Below the pieces are notes generated by a model. That model did no database searches, was not told the DNA's origin, and worked only from the letters and a program-made list of their open reading frames with translations. From NCBI RefSeq assembly GCF_006345805.1, contig NC_043018.1, positions 18,972,001 through 19,036,000 of the forward strand: a stretch of DNA of 64,000 nt, in the 5' to 3' direction. Made by a program: the position numbers and the translations under genes. Positions 40,967 through 54,069 of this stretch are shown piece after piece. Each line of letters starts with the position of its first letter. The stretch's first letter is position 1. The DNA is from Octopus sinensis. Lineage: Eukaryota.

Positions 40967-42882
40967 GTTTAGCATCCGTTTTCCATGCTAGCATGGGTTG
41001 GACGGTTCAACTGGGGTCTGGAAAGCCAGAAGGCTGCACCAGGCCCAGTCTGATCTGGCAATGTTTCTACAGCTGGATGCCTTTCCTAATGCCAACAACT
41101 CTGTGAGTGTTGTGGGTGCTTTTTACGTGCCACCGGTACAGGTGCCAGATGAGGCTGGCAAACGGCCACGATCGGATGGTGGTTTTTACGTGCCACCGGC
41201 ACGGGGGCCAGGCAAGGCTGGCAATGGCCACAATCGGATGGTGCTTTTTACGTGCCACCAGCACAAGGCCAGTCGGGGCGGTGCTGGCAACGGCCACGGG
41301 TTCTGTTAAGCAAAACTCCATGAAATTCTTGAAGTCAAGTTCCCAGGTAAAGGCTAACAGGCAAAAGGAATGACACAAATGTTGGTTAAGAAATGGCATG
41401 CTACGGGGTCAGTGCATAACATCCCAAAACAGAAAAACCCCTACAGTTCAAACACCAGGAGTTATTTAGGGCGCTCCCGTTGATAAGGGTCTTCATTTTA
41501 AATAACATGAAACTGCTAAGATGTGTTAGAAACCAACTGATGAGAAAATCAGCTGCGAATGTCCCTTATATTGTGATTTTGTTTCCCTTTTTCTGTCCCT
41601 TATGTTTTTGTCCAGTTTTCATCTATTTTCCCCTTCTCTGTCTAACTTTTGATATATACTCTCCCTTTACTCTTTTGCTCTTTTACTTGTTTCAGTCATT
41701 TGACTGCAGCCATGCTGGAGCACCGCCTTTAGTCGAGCAACTCGACCCTAGGATTTATTCTTTTTTTGTAAGCCCAGTACTTATTCTATCGGTTTCTTTT
41801 GCCAAACTGCTAAGTAACGGGGACATAAACACACCAGCATCGGTTGTCAAGCAATGCTGGGGGACAAACACAGACACACAAACAGACACGCATATATATA
41901 CATATATACGACGGGCTTCTTTCAGTTTCCATCTACCAAATCCACTCACAAGGCTTTGGTCGGCCGAGGCTAGAGAAGAAGACACTTGCCCAAGGTGCCA
42001 CGCAGTGGGACTGAACCCAGAACGATGTGGTTGGTAAACAAGCTACTTACCACACAGCCACTCCTGCGCCTATATATATATATATATACATATATAAATT
42101 TAAAATGAGGGTAAGAAATTAGATATTAATTTAATTAACATCGATTTCACACCAGTGGTCTAGCATATAAAAAAAACTGAAGGTTCAGTAAAATTGTATT
42201 GTATACATATTAGAGGGAAACCACTATGTGGACACCCTTATGCTAGAAATAGATCCGCTATGTTTGGAACACCACTAAGAAATGTTCTCAAGAAAAAATT
42301 TTAAACACACCAGCATTGGTTGTCAAGCGATGTTTGGTTTGGGGGGGACAAGTACAGACACACAAACATATACATACATATATATACGACGAGCTTCTTT
42401 CAGTTTCCATCTACCAAATCCACTCACAAGGCTTTGGTCGGCCCGAGGCTATAGTAGAAGACACTTGCCCAAGGTGCCACACAGTGGGACTGAACCTTGA
42501 ACTATGTGGTTGGTAAGCAAGCTACTTACCACACAACCACTTCTGTGCCTACTTACATATATATATGTATATACATATGCATATATGAGTACAGGACGTC
42601 ATAGAACGTAAACAACATGAAATATGAAATACAAAAACATGGAATAAGAACTTTTTTTTTATGAACAATGAAAGAAACAAATGGTAAACAAGGAAGTAAC
42701 ATAAAGAACAACCCTTCATCAATTGTCGGCTGTTTTATCTAGTCCGCATTTCGAGCAATTATACATACATGCACACACACACTCATTTATACATATATAT
42801 ATATATATACCGGAGTAAACACATAAATATGAAACAAAGTGGAAAAAAGAGTACTCAAATACCAGGGGTAGAGTAATACACT

Positions 42883-43016
42883 TTATTTAAAAGCAGCAGA
42901 AATTCAACAAAACCTTTACTCAGAGTTTCACGTTCCCATTTTGTTAAACTGTCCAACAAACGGGAACGTGAAACTCCGAGTAACAGGTTTGTTGAATTTC
43001 TGCTGCTTTTAAATAA
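42883..43016. repeat. Near-perfect inverted repeat, ~62-bp arms, 9-nt loop
   Basis: Arms 42883-42945 and 42955-43016. Confidence 0.92.
42949..42986 (+). ncRNA. Degenerate minimal type-I hammerhead ribozyme fold (Penelope/retrozyme-type), core mutated
   Basis: Stem I CTGT/ACAG; 7-nt core slot CCAACAA (vs CUGANGA); stem II ACG-GGAA-CGT; GAAA; stem III CTC-c-GAG; GUA cleavage triplet. Confidence 0.5.
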
Positions 43017-43055
<39 letters not shown>

Positions 43056-43239
43056 TATGTCTCATCATCATACATCGTCGTTTAACGTCCGTTCTCCATG
43101 CTAGCATGGGTTGGACGGTTCGACCGGGGTTCTGGGAAGCCAGAAGGCTGCACAGGCTCCAGTCTAATTTGGCAATGTTTCTACAGCTGGATGCCCTTCC
43201 TAACGCCAACCACTCCGTGAGTGTATATATATATATATA

Positions 43240-43632
43240 TCTTTATATATAAAAGTGAAGTTGTGTGTCTGTCTCCTATGATTTAGATTCCTAACTACTC
43301 CCATTTTTGCGATGCAGTGTAACCAAAAGCGGGTATCTTATAGTCGTGATTCATATCGAGCCCTTCTGGGTATTAGCGCATGTTCTACGATGAGTCTACA
43401 ATAAAAAAAAATTTACCATCATTTTTCCCCATTTTTAATGCATTTTTTTTGCTATTTGTAAGTGAAGTAACTCTCTAAAATGTATTAATTAATCTCAGAA
43501 CGTAAAAAGCTACAGTAACACCCCCACCCTTTGTGGTAGACATATTGAGATGGCTATTATACTTTACATCTCTAAAATGCTTATATAGTTATTTCCCTTA
43601 CAAACCCGAGCAACGCCGGGCGATACTGCTAG
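43240..43632 (+). mobile_element. Non-autonomous Helitron (A|TC...CTAG|T)
   Basis: 5' TC, 3' CTAG after a GC-rich segment (ccgagcaacgccgggcgatactg), inserted between A and T with no TSD. Confidence 0.75.
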
Positions 43633-44159
43633 TATATATATATATAAATATTGTGAAGACCTGTTGAGGCAAGTGAAATCGAAACAAAAGTCAAATTCGA
43701 TTACTGGCATCCATGCTAGTGGAGCACTAAGAGCACCATTCAAGCGCAATCATTGTCAGAGAAGCAGACTGGTATTCGAGTGTGATCATTACCAGCGTCA
43801 CTTTTCCAGCACTTGTGCTGGTGGCATGTGGAAAAACATTCGAGCGAGGTCATTGCCAGTGCCACAGGACTTGCTCCTGTGCGGGTGGCATGTAAAAAAC
43901 ACCATTTGAGCGTGGCCATTGCCAGTACCGCCAGAGTGGCCCTCGAGCCGGTGGCATGTAAAAGCACCCACTTTACTCTCGGAATGGTTGGCGTTAGGAA
44001 AGGCATCCAGCTGTAGAAACTCTGCCAGATCAGATTGGAGCCTGGTGCAGCCATCTGGTTTGCCAGTCGTCAGTCAAAGCATCCGACCCATGCAAGCATG
44101 GAGAGTGGACGTTAAACGATGGTGATGATGATGATGATGAGATATTTATGCGCACTCGC

Positions 44160-44251
44160 GCGCGTGTGTGTGTGTGTGTGTGTGTTTGTGTATGTGTGTG
44201 TGTGTGTGTTTGTGTGTGTGTCTGTGTGTTTGTTGTGTGTGTGTCTCTGTG

Positions 44252-44286
<35 letters not shown>

Positions 44287-44310
44287 GTGGTTTGTGTGTG
44301 TGTGTTTGGT

Positions 44311-44346
<36 letters not shown>

Positions 44347-44523
44347 TGTTTTTTGTGTGGTGTTTGTGTGTCTGTCTGGTGTGTGTGTGTTTGTTGTGTG
44401 TGTGTGTGTGTGTTTGTGTGTGTCTGTGTGGTCTGTGTGTCTGTCTGTGTGTTTGTGTTGTGTTTGTGTTTGTGTTGGGTGTGTTTGTGTTGTGTGTTTG
44501 TGTGTCTGTCTGTGTGTCTGGTG

Positions 44524-44554
<31 letters not shown>

Positions 44555-44612
44555 CTGTGTGTGTGTGTGTGTGTGTGTGTTTGTGTTTGTGTCTGTGTCT
44601 GTGTTTGTGTGG

Positions 44613-44653
<41 letters not shown>

Positions 44654-44830
44654 TTGTGTGTGTGTGTCTGTGTGTGTGTGTGTTTGTGTGTGTGTGTCTG
44701 TGTCTGTGTTTGTGTGTGTGTGTGTGTGTTTGTGTGTCTGTGTGTCTGTGTGTCTGTCTGTGTGTGTGTGTTTGTGTTTGTGTGTGTGTGTGTGTTTGTG
44801 TCTGTGTGTGTGTGTTTGTGTGCGTGTACA
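44160..44830. repeat. Cryptic (GT)n microsatellite
   Basis: Direct inspection. Confidence 0.98.
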
Positions 44831-44885
44831 CACACATGTGTATACATGTGTATACATACGCCAGAATAGATACAAGTGAACTTAC

Positions 44886-45044
44886 TGCACAAGAAAGGAA
44901 GTTGACAAAGAAGAGTGTGTATTTTACACACAAACTGATCTCGGATTTCTCTTCATATTCCTCCTGTCTTTTCACAAATTTGGTAGTTCCGAGGGAATTA
45001 CTTCTCCATAACTTTTCAATCATCTTTTGCGAAAACAGTGTCAT
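44886..45044 (-). CDS. Tetraspanin (TspanC8-like) exon 1: MTLFSQKMIEK...EISLCVKYTLFFVNFLSCA
   Basis: In-frame TAA upstream at 45063-45065; EISLCVKYTLFFVNF resembles the tetraspanin N-terminus/TM1; donor GTAAGT at 44885; the start could instead be the ATG at 45023. Confidence 0.85.
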
Positions 45045-45060
45045 ATTCAGTCCACTTTGC

Positions 45061-45067
45061 TTTTATA
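45061..45067 (-). promoter_or_regulatory. Possible TATA box (TATAAAA) upstream of the tetraspanin
   Basis: Exact TATAAAA; its spacing would place a TSS between the two candidate ATGs; could be chance in AT-rich DNA. Confidence 0.2.
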
Positions 45068-45143
45068 AATGTGCCTGATGTTGCTGCTGTGACTACTGCT
45101 GCTGCTACTCTTGTTAATCTTATTGTTTTAGTTGTCTGTTGTT

Positions 45144-45642
<499 letters not shown>

Positions 45643-46503
45643 AACAGGCTGTTAGGTAATAAGTGATTGTTTTGTTGACTTGCAGTAAGGTAATTTCTAG
45701 GTTAAAAAACCTCTTTCTCGTGAGGAGATGACTGGAAGATAGTTATCTACTGTGACGCAACGGCAAGCCACCCCAATATGTATACAGACTTAAGAAATCC
45801 TGAAACTGTAGAAATATGTACTTCTATTGAATAGAATAAAATAAGTGACCAGTCTGGTTCACAGCGCTGTCAACTGATCCAACAATAACAATAGCTATGA
45901 ATGAAAATAGCTCGGAAGTTTTTCTGTACCAATCATGAAGCTCAAAGCTTGAAACCACCTGATATGTCAGGCCACTTTTGTGTAAATGTATACACCTAGC
46001 TATTTGAAATAATATCTTGAATAAACTGAGGCTCTGTGTGTATATATAACATACATATTCACTCATGTATGACACCACACACACACACCACAGACACACA
46101 CACACACACACAGATACACAAATAGATGTATTTCCTTAAATTTAGGGTTTTAAATTCTGACACAGTTACCAGTGTGGTGTGATGTGTGTGTGTGGTGTGT
46201 GTGTGTGTATGCATGTGTGTGTGTATATATACGTTTATATGTGTGTGTGTGTGTGTGTATGTGTGGTGTGATGTGTGGTGTGATGTGTGGTGTGATGTGT
46301 GTGTGTGTACACCATGGTATGTGTGAGAACTGAATAGGTGATCTCAAATCACCCCACTGGTCACGTTTTTATAAGTCACAACAATATTGACCACTCCAAC
46401 ATATATTCCAATTCATTATTCTTTATTCTTTATTCTTGTTGAACTTAACTCTTCTTCCCACTCTGTTCTCAATTAGTATTTGTTAAACGATGACGATGAT
46501 GAT

Positions 46504-46985
<482 letters not shown>

Positions 46986-47219
46986 CTTGAACACAGACAT
47001 AAGTACTTAAATTAGTGTATAGCCAACCTCTTCATTAAGTCTAAATACTTATGTGTAGAGTCAGAAAGCCTATACTCATTAGTATGTGGATGTCTCATTC
47101 CTATACACCAAAAGGAACTGACTCATACACCCCCCCACCCACCTACCCACCTACCCACACACACACACACATACACACACACTCACACACAGAATCAAGA
47201 ACTGTTGAGTATAAAAAAG

Positions 47220-47598
47220 AAATGAGGCTAAATATGTCTTGCCCCATCGTGATTGTGCGGACCATGCCGTAATTTAATAGCAGCAGTTGCTATAATTATC
47301 TTCTGTTCTGTGTCCCCGAAGCTCATCCAACCGAAGAGTTGTTGTTGTTGTCATTGGTGAAATCCTATCCAGATATTGTTGGCCTCCCTGGTATGTCTCG
47401 GACGAATTTGTCCAGGTTTCCGTTTGAAGGTTTTTGTGGTCTTTTTCTTCTTCGATTTATTTTCAAATAAGATTTTTTATCTTCTGTGTTCTATTCTGTT
47501 ACCTGCTTCACTCATCGGACAACGGCCATGCTTGGGCACTGCCGCATTGAAGGACTTTTAGTTGATTGTATCGAACCCAGGACTTATTTTTCAAAGCC
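47220..47598 (+). repeat. ~380-bp repeat; inverted near-identical copy at ~57600-57980
   Basis: The reverse complement of 57600-57980 aligns by eye at high identity. Confidence 0.9.
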
Positions 47599-48098
47599 TG
47601 GTACTTGCTTATCATACTCTTTTGCTGAACTGCTAAGCTATGGGGACGTAAACACACCAACACCAGTTGTCAAGCAGTGGTGGGACGACATACGCAAACA
47701 CAAAGACACACAGCTATATATATATATATACACACATATTTACATATATCATCATCATCATCATCATTGTTTAACGTCTGTCTTCCATGCATGAGTAGGA
47801 CAGGTAATAGGAGCTGACCAGGTAGAAGAATACGTCAGGCAATTTGTCTGTTTGGCTGGGTTTTTACATACATATGTTATATATATTATTTATATATATA
47901 TATATTTATATATATGTTATTATAATATAATTATATATATATATATAAGTAGATAAGTGAATTATCTTATTACGGATAATTCGAAAGATAACCGATACCT
48001 GGGTAGCAAACTCACAACAGAAAGAACACGGTTGAAGTTACGGCCATAGGGCATATACTCCGTGCCTTAGTGCGGAAATTTGAAGTTTAATTTAATAT

Positions 48099-48322
48099 TA
48101 TAAGTATAGGAAAGAATGGAGCCTCGAGAGCACTCATCTAAAAACTCGTTGTGCATTTTGTTGTTGAAAGAAGTTCCTGGATTTTCCTGAAGAGAAAGCT
48201 GCATAATGGACTCCTTATTCATTCGGAATTAGGAATTTTGCAGACTTCGAAACATATGTCGAAAATAAAATAAAGGAATTTTGTTTAATCTTCGCTCAGC
48301 TCCATTCTTTCCTATACTTATA
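48099..48322. mobile_element. MITE with a perfect 24-bp TIR in TA context; related partial copy ~16560-16712
   Basis: tataagtataggaaagaatggagc ... gctccattctttcctatacttata. Confidence 0.7.
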
Positions 48323-48328
48323 TATATA

Positions 48329-48701
48329 CTAGCAGTATCGCCCGGCGTTGCTCAGGTTTGTAAGGGAAAAACTATAAAGCTTTTTAGAGAGTTATAGCCA
48401 AAAAATAGCAAAAAAATGGAAAAAAAATGATGGTAAATTTTTTTGAGAGCTAAAAAAGGTGGAGTTGCGTCCCCTAGACGGTCTGTGGTTTGGGTTCTGA
48501 TTCTCGACCCATGTCGAATTTATCGATTTTTTTCAGAACTGGGGGACTTTTCAAAATTTCGCTGCGTTAGTTTTGAATTATGACATTGGGCTATGTGTGT
48601 GCCAAGTTTCATCATCAGAATCGGTTTGAAAGCCGTGGTCAGGGTGAGGGTACGAGAAAACAGACACACAGAAAACGCACAGACAAACTGCCGTTTATAG
48701 A
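48329..48701 (-). mobile_element. Non-autonomous Helitron sharing the 3' end but with a different 5' body
   Basis: CTAG end and subterminal ~70 nt match the other copies; 5' end is TCTATAAACGG. Confidence 0.65.
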
Positions 48702-48832
48702 TATATAATATTATATATATATATATTATATATATATATATATAATATATATATATATATATTATTTATATATTCTATTGTGTCTGGGGGAGAGTCATTT
48801 TCTTTTGCGCCTTATAATGTAACACACTCACT

Positions 48833-49137
48833 GGTAAAATTTCCACTTATTTCTTATTTTTATTTTCCTAAAGTTTTTGTTGCGTCTTGCAACCTTTTCA
48901 ATAGTCTTGACCCTGTGTGTGTGTGTGTGTGTGTGTGCGTGTGTGTGTGTGCCTATGCATGCATGCATGTACGTATGTATGTGTGTATGTATGTTTGCAC
49001 ACACACACATACACACACTGACCCACACACATGTGCACAAACAAACAAAAGGGAACGCAGTGTGACTATTGAAAAGGTTGCAAGATGCAATGAAAATTTT
49101 AGGAAAATAAAAATAAGAAAAAAGTGGATATTTTACC
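48833..49137. mobile_element. Fold-back MITE with ~73-bp imperfect TIRs around a microsatellite core; left half also at ~30335-30420
   Basis: ggtaaaatttccac...tttcaatagtc and its reverse complement. Confidence 0.65.
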
Positions 49138-49210
49138 TTGAAGTATTGAGATCCAATGGGATTAAATCCACATGGATTTAATCCCATTGGATCTCAATAC
49201 TTCAAGGTAA
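49133..49210. repeat. Perfect palindrome, 38-bp arms, 2-nt loop
   Basis: ttaccttgaagtattgagatccaatgggattaaatcca-ca-reverse complement. Confidence 0.95.
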
Positions 49211-49571
49211 TTTTTTCGTGAACAATCATTAAACTCAAGATACACAAAGACTTTATAATGTATCGGAGTACCTATTTTAAAATTTTTGTACATATTTATT
49301 ATTATTCTTTTGCAAAAAACAATGTAATTTTCTTTTTTCACCCTCCTCACTTTTAAAAAAATTTTTTCCTTTACAATTCTTGAAAAGTCACATTATGACG
49401 AAAACTGGTTTGAATTAATATATATATATTTTATCAATTGTTCAAAAACTTTTTTCCATACACCCATTTTCATAAAAATTTTCTTTCAATTTAGCATTCT
49501 GCCTTTTTACAATTTTTCCTTGCTTATCATTTCTCCACGTGCGGTCAACAAAACCCCACCATTTATTGATC

Positions 49572-49606
<35 letters not shown>

Positions 49607-49629
49607 CACACACGCATACATACATACAC

Positions 49630-49945
49630 ATATGTGAAGGTGCATGGTTCAGTCGAGCTTAGAATCGCAAGGTTGTGAGTTCGAATCCTTCACTGGGCTG
49701 CATGTTGTGTTCTTGAGCAAGACACTTTATTTCACGTTGCTCCAGTTCATTCAGTTGTAGAAATGAGTTGCAGTGTCACTGGTTCCAAGCTGTATTGGCC
49801 CCTTTTCCTTTCCCTTGGATAACACTGGTGGCGTGGAGAAGGGAGGCCGGTATGCATGGGCGACTGCTGGTCTTCCATAAACAACCTTGCCTAGACTTGT
49901 GCTTGGGAGGGTAACTTCTTAGGTGCAATCCCATGGTCAGTCATG
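49630..49945 (+). mobile_element. Additional tRNA-derived SINE family (other copy ~33050-33390, - strand)
   Basis: B-box gagttcgaatcc; shared ttgagcaagacactttatttcacgttgctccagttca segment. Confidence 0.7.
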
Positions 49946-49968
49946 ACAGAAGGGGGTCTCAACATTGC

Positions 49969-49999
<31 letters not shown>

Positions 50000-50081
50000 C
50001 ATACATACATACATACATACATACATACATACACACGTATATACATACATACATACATACATACATACATACATACATACA

Positions 50082-50129
<48 letters not shown>

Positions 50130-50249
50130 GTTCTAAAATCTCTCTAAGAGATCAACGCAATTGATGTGCTGGCAAGTAATATTTGTAACCACTTCGACAT
50201 GGCTGTCCATTCACTAACCAGGTACAGAAGATGTCCTCTGGAAGTTAAA

Positions 50250-50930
50250 AAAAAACCCCAGGAATGCCTTGTTATGTTGGCAAACAATCTTTAAAACCTT
50301 CCGGTTTCATATTTTCTTGTCAATGTTCCTCTTCCTTGTCAATGCCTTGACGTCTGAAACTACTGAAGGCCTTATCAAGCCACGTTTTCCTTCCCACAAC
50401 ATTGTTGAACAAAATGCTTCACAGACTGTTGGCAGGCAACCAAGAAAGGCAATGGTCTGAAGGTTTTATATCAAGAGGAAATGGTGAGCATGGCACACTT
50501 CCTAATCAAGCTCTTGAATAGACTTTTTAGTCGAAAAAGCAATGTGGCGGTGAGCATTATTGTGTTGAAGAAATCCATCTAGTTACCTATCAGTGCGTTT
50601 CAGCTGAAATGACTCATTGGTATTTTAGCTGAACATGATTTTCCCTTCTCAGTCTCATAAAGTGCACATCTTTGTTTTGCACAAATGTAGCTCTTTTGTG
50701 GTGTCTACTTTAGTGAACACCTTGACACCTGCTTGGTCGAATCTAGCGTCGATTAATGTGGATTGTCATGGATGAGTTCATTCAATCAGTCTTCATTGAA
50801 CTGAACAGGTCAACCAAAATTTGGAGAGTCTGTGGGGTTGAATTTCTCCCTCTTCAAAGTAAGCAAACCATTTCTGAGCAGTTCCTTCAGTAATGGTGCA
50901 TTCTCCACAAATATCTTGACCTGATTGGTA
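50250..50930 (-). mobile_element. Highly decayed mariner transposase fragment
   Basis: LQHNNAHRHIAFSTKKSIQELD*EV and PFPLDIKPSDH resemble HDNARPH and PPYSPDLAPSD. Confidence 0.55.
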
Positions 50931-50989
50931 GCTTTGAAACTTTGAGATTAAGGAGACTCAGGGAGAATCAAAAGCGCTAATATTCTTCT

Positions 50990-51258
50990 GTTTGGTATAT
51001 GCAATAATGCACACACATTCACATACTTACACACTTCCACATACTTACACATATGCAGTAATGCACACACATTAAAACACACACACAGATACAAACACAC
51101 ACATTCATATACACAGACACACATACACACACACAAACACATACGTACGTACACACACTAACACAGACACATTTATAGATACTTAAACATACACACCAAC
51201 ACACATACATACACAGAGACAAACACACACATTCAAATACACACACACACACATGCAC

Positions 51259-51291
<33 letters not shown>

Positions 51292-51826
51292 AATATATAC
51301 GTACACACACACACTAACACAGACACATTTATAGATACTTAAACATACACACCAACACACATACATACACAGAGACAAACACACACATTCACATACACAA
51401 ACACACACACACACACACACAAATATATACGTACACACACACGCTAACACAAACACATTTATAGATACTTAAACATACACACCAACACACATACATACAC
51501 AGAGACAAACACACACATTCACATACACAAACACACACACACACACACACAAATATATACGTATACACACATGCTAACACAAACACATTTATAGATACTT
51601 AAACATACACACCAACACACATACACACACAGACACAAACACACACATTCACATACACAGACACACACATGCACGCGCACACACACACACACAAACACAC
51701 ACAAACACATACGTACACACACACACTAACACAGACACATTTATAGATACTTAAACATACACACCAACACACATACATACACAGAGACAAACACACACAT
51801 TCAAATACACACACACACACATGCAC

Positions 51827-51861
<35 letters not shown>

Positions 51862-52070
51862 AATATATACGTACACACACACACTAACACAGACACATTA
51901 TAGATACTTAAACATACACACCAACACCTACATACACAGAGACAAAACACACCCTTCACATACACACACACACACAAACACACACGTACACACACACACT
52001 AACACAGACACATTTATAGATACTTAAACATACACACCAACACACATACATACATAGAGACAAACACACA
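50990..52070. repeat. CA-rich higher-order minisatellite, about 7 units of ~110-160 bp
   Basis: Recurrent anchor atttatagatacttaaacatacacaccaac. Confidence 0.85.
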
Positions 52071-52136
52071 TGCTTTTGACTTACAGTATCAAGTTGTTAA
52101 CAGCCAACAAACAATACCCTGAAATGATGTCACCTG

Positions 52137-52242
52137 TTATTGCTTATAAAAATTAGTCTGGTAAACCATGGGTGTAGGGAAAATGCGGAGATCGGAGCGA
52201 GGACCATTGTCTGAACCTGAGCGTTTTGTATAGGGTGGTGGC
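52137..52242 (-). CDS. Candidate terminal coding exon of an unidentified gene: PPPYTKRSGSDNGPRSDLRIFPTPMVYQTNFYKQ*
   Basis: Non-repetitive, GC/CpG-richer island; pyrimidine-rich acceptor ending gaaAG at 52243; PPxY motif; no recognised homology. Confidence 0.3.
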
Positions 52243-52359
52243 CTTTCAGTGAAATTGCAAAAAGAACAGGTGATGGCAACAACATCTCACCTGACTGGTG
52301 AACAAAGAAACACTACGCCTAGTTTAGTTGTTGTTATTAATGATTTATAATATCTGAGG

Positions 52360-53590
52360 TTTTACCTGTCTACAGTAAATTACGATTTACTTATACAATG
52401 ATTACCTTTACCTGGCCACAGCTAATTACAGCAATACATATAAAATAATTACTTTTACCTAGCCATTGTTAATTGATATAGTACCCATCAAATGATTATT
52501 TTACCTAGCCACTGCTAATTACCACAATAAATATAAAATAATTACCTTCACCTAGCCATTGTTAATTACCATAATGCCTATAGTATGATTACCTATACCT
52601 GGTCACTGCTAATTACCACAATACATATAAAATGATTACTTTTTACCTAACCATTGTTAATAAATATAATACCTATAAAATGATTATCTTTACCTGGACA
52701 CTGCTAACTACCACAATAAATATAAAATAATTACCTTCACCTAGTGATTGTTAATTACCACAGTACCTATACAATTAATACCTTTACCTGGCCATTTTGA
52801 ATTAATATAATACGTATAAAATGATTACCTTTACCTGACCACTGCTAATTACCACAATACCTATAGAATGATTACCTTTACCTGGCCACTGCTAATTACC
52901 ACAATACCTATAGAATGATTACCTTTACTTGGCCATTCTGAATTTATATAATACCTATAAAATGATTACCTTTACCTAGCCACTGCTAATTACCACAATA
53001 AATATAAAATAATTACCTTTACCTAACGATTGTTAATTACCACAATACCTATACAATGATTACCTTTACCTGGCCACTGCTAATTACCACAATACCTATA
53101 CAATGATTACCTTTACCTGGCCATTCTGAATCACTATAATACCTTATTTCTTTATTACCCACAAGGGGCTAAACATAGAGGAGACAAACAAGGACAGACA
53201 TAGGTATTAAGTCAATTACATCGACCCCAGTGCGTAACTGGTACTTAATTTATCGACCCCGAAAGGATGAAAGGCAAAGTCGACCTCAGCGGAATTTGAA
53301 CTCAACGCAACGGTAGACGAAATACGGCTACGCATTTCGCCGGGCGTGCTAACGTTTCTACCAGCTTGCCGCCTTCTGAATTACTACAATACCCATAAAA
53401 TGATTACCTTTACCTCTCCATTCTGAATTAATATAATACCTATAAAATTATTACTTTTACCTGGTCATTATTAATGTAATACCTATAAAATGATTACCTT
53501 TACCTGGCCATTATTAATATAATACCTATAAAATTATTACCTTTACCTGGCCATTATTAATGTAATACCAATAAAATGATTACTGTTATG
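52360..53590. repeat. ~47-bp minisatellite (aatacctatacaatgattacctttacctggccactgctaattaccac), interrupted by a family-B SINE
   Basis: Tandem units visible; SINE at 53146-53373. Confidence 0.9.
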
Positions 53591-54069
53591 TAACCTTGAA
53601 AATACCTGAAATACGTATAATGTAGACAAGTCAATGGTTCTCTTTTCATGAGAATGTTAGCTGTGAATATTGAAATGGTACAAAAATATGTCATTGCTTT
53701 TAATGAGAAAGAAAAAATAGCTGAGAACTTTCTCATGGATTTGAAAAGAACATAATTAAAAAAACATATCGTGCTGTCTGACCTTCAGTTTCTTAGAAAT
53801 GGCAGTGACCAGCAACCAAATAGAACAAATGAAAGATTAGCAAACATGATTACAATTAACTGCAACAAAAATTATAGAAAATGTCTCACTAAATAAACAG
53901 TACATAAAAAATATATATACACACAATCACATGCAAAACACATATATATACATAAGGAATACAAATCATGTATAGACGAGTACAAAATATATTTTACTTA
54001 TTCAAGCAGCAGTAATTGTACAGCTTTTCACAAAGCAGTGTGTCATCTTGTATATTCAAAATCAAATGG

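Noticed and set aside
42700-42760. GAAA...TGATGA arrangement on the - strand suggesting a permuted hammerhead
   Set aside because: The core is TTGATGA and the stems do not pair.
44030-45078. ORFs of 230-320 aa with Cys/Val or His/Thr repeats
   Set aside because: (GT)n microsatellite read-through; only the first 53 codons of 44112-45044 are a real tetraspanin exon.
45660-46050. Non-repetitive island with a ~70-codon open frame on the - strand
   Set aside because: No recognisable motif, no convincing splice pair and no proper start; could be UTR or regulatory DNA.
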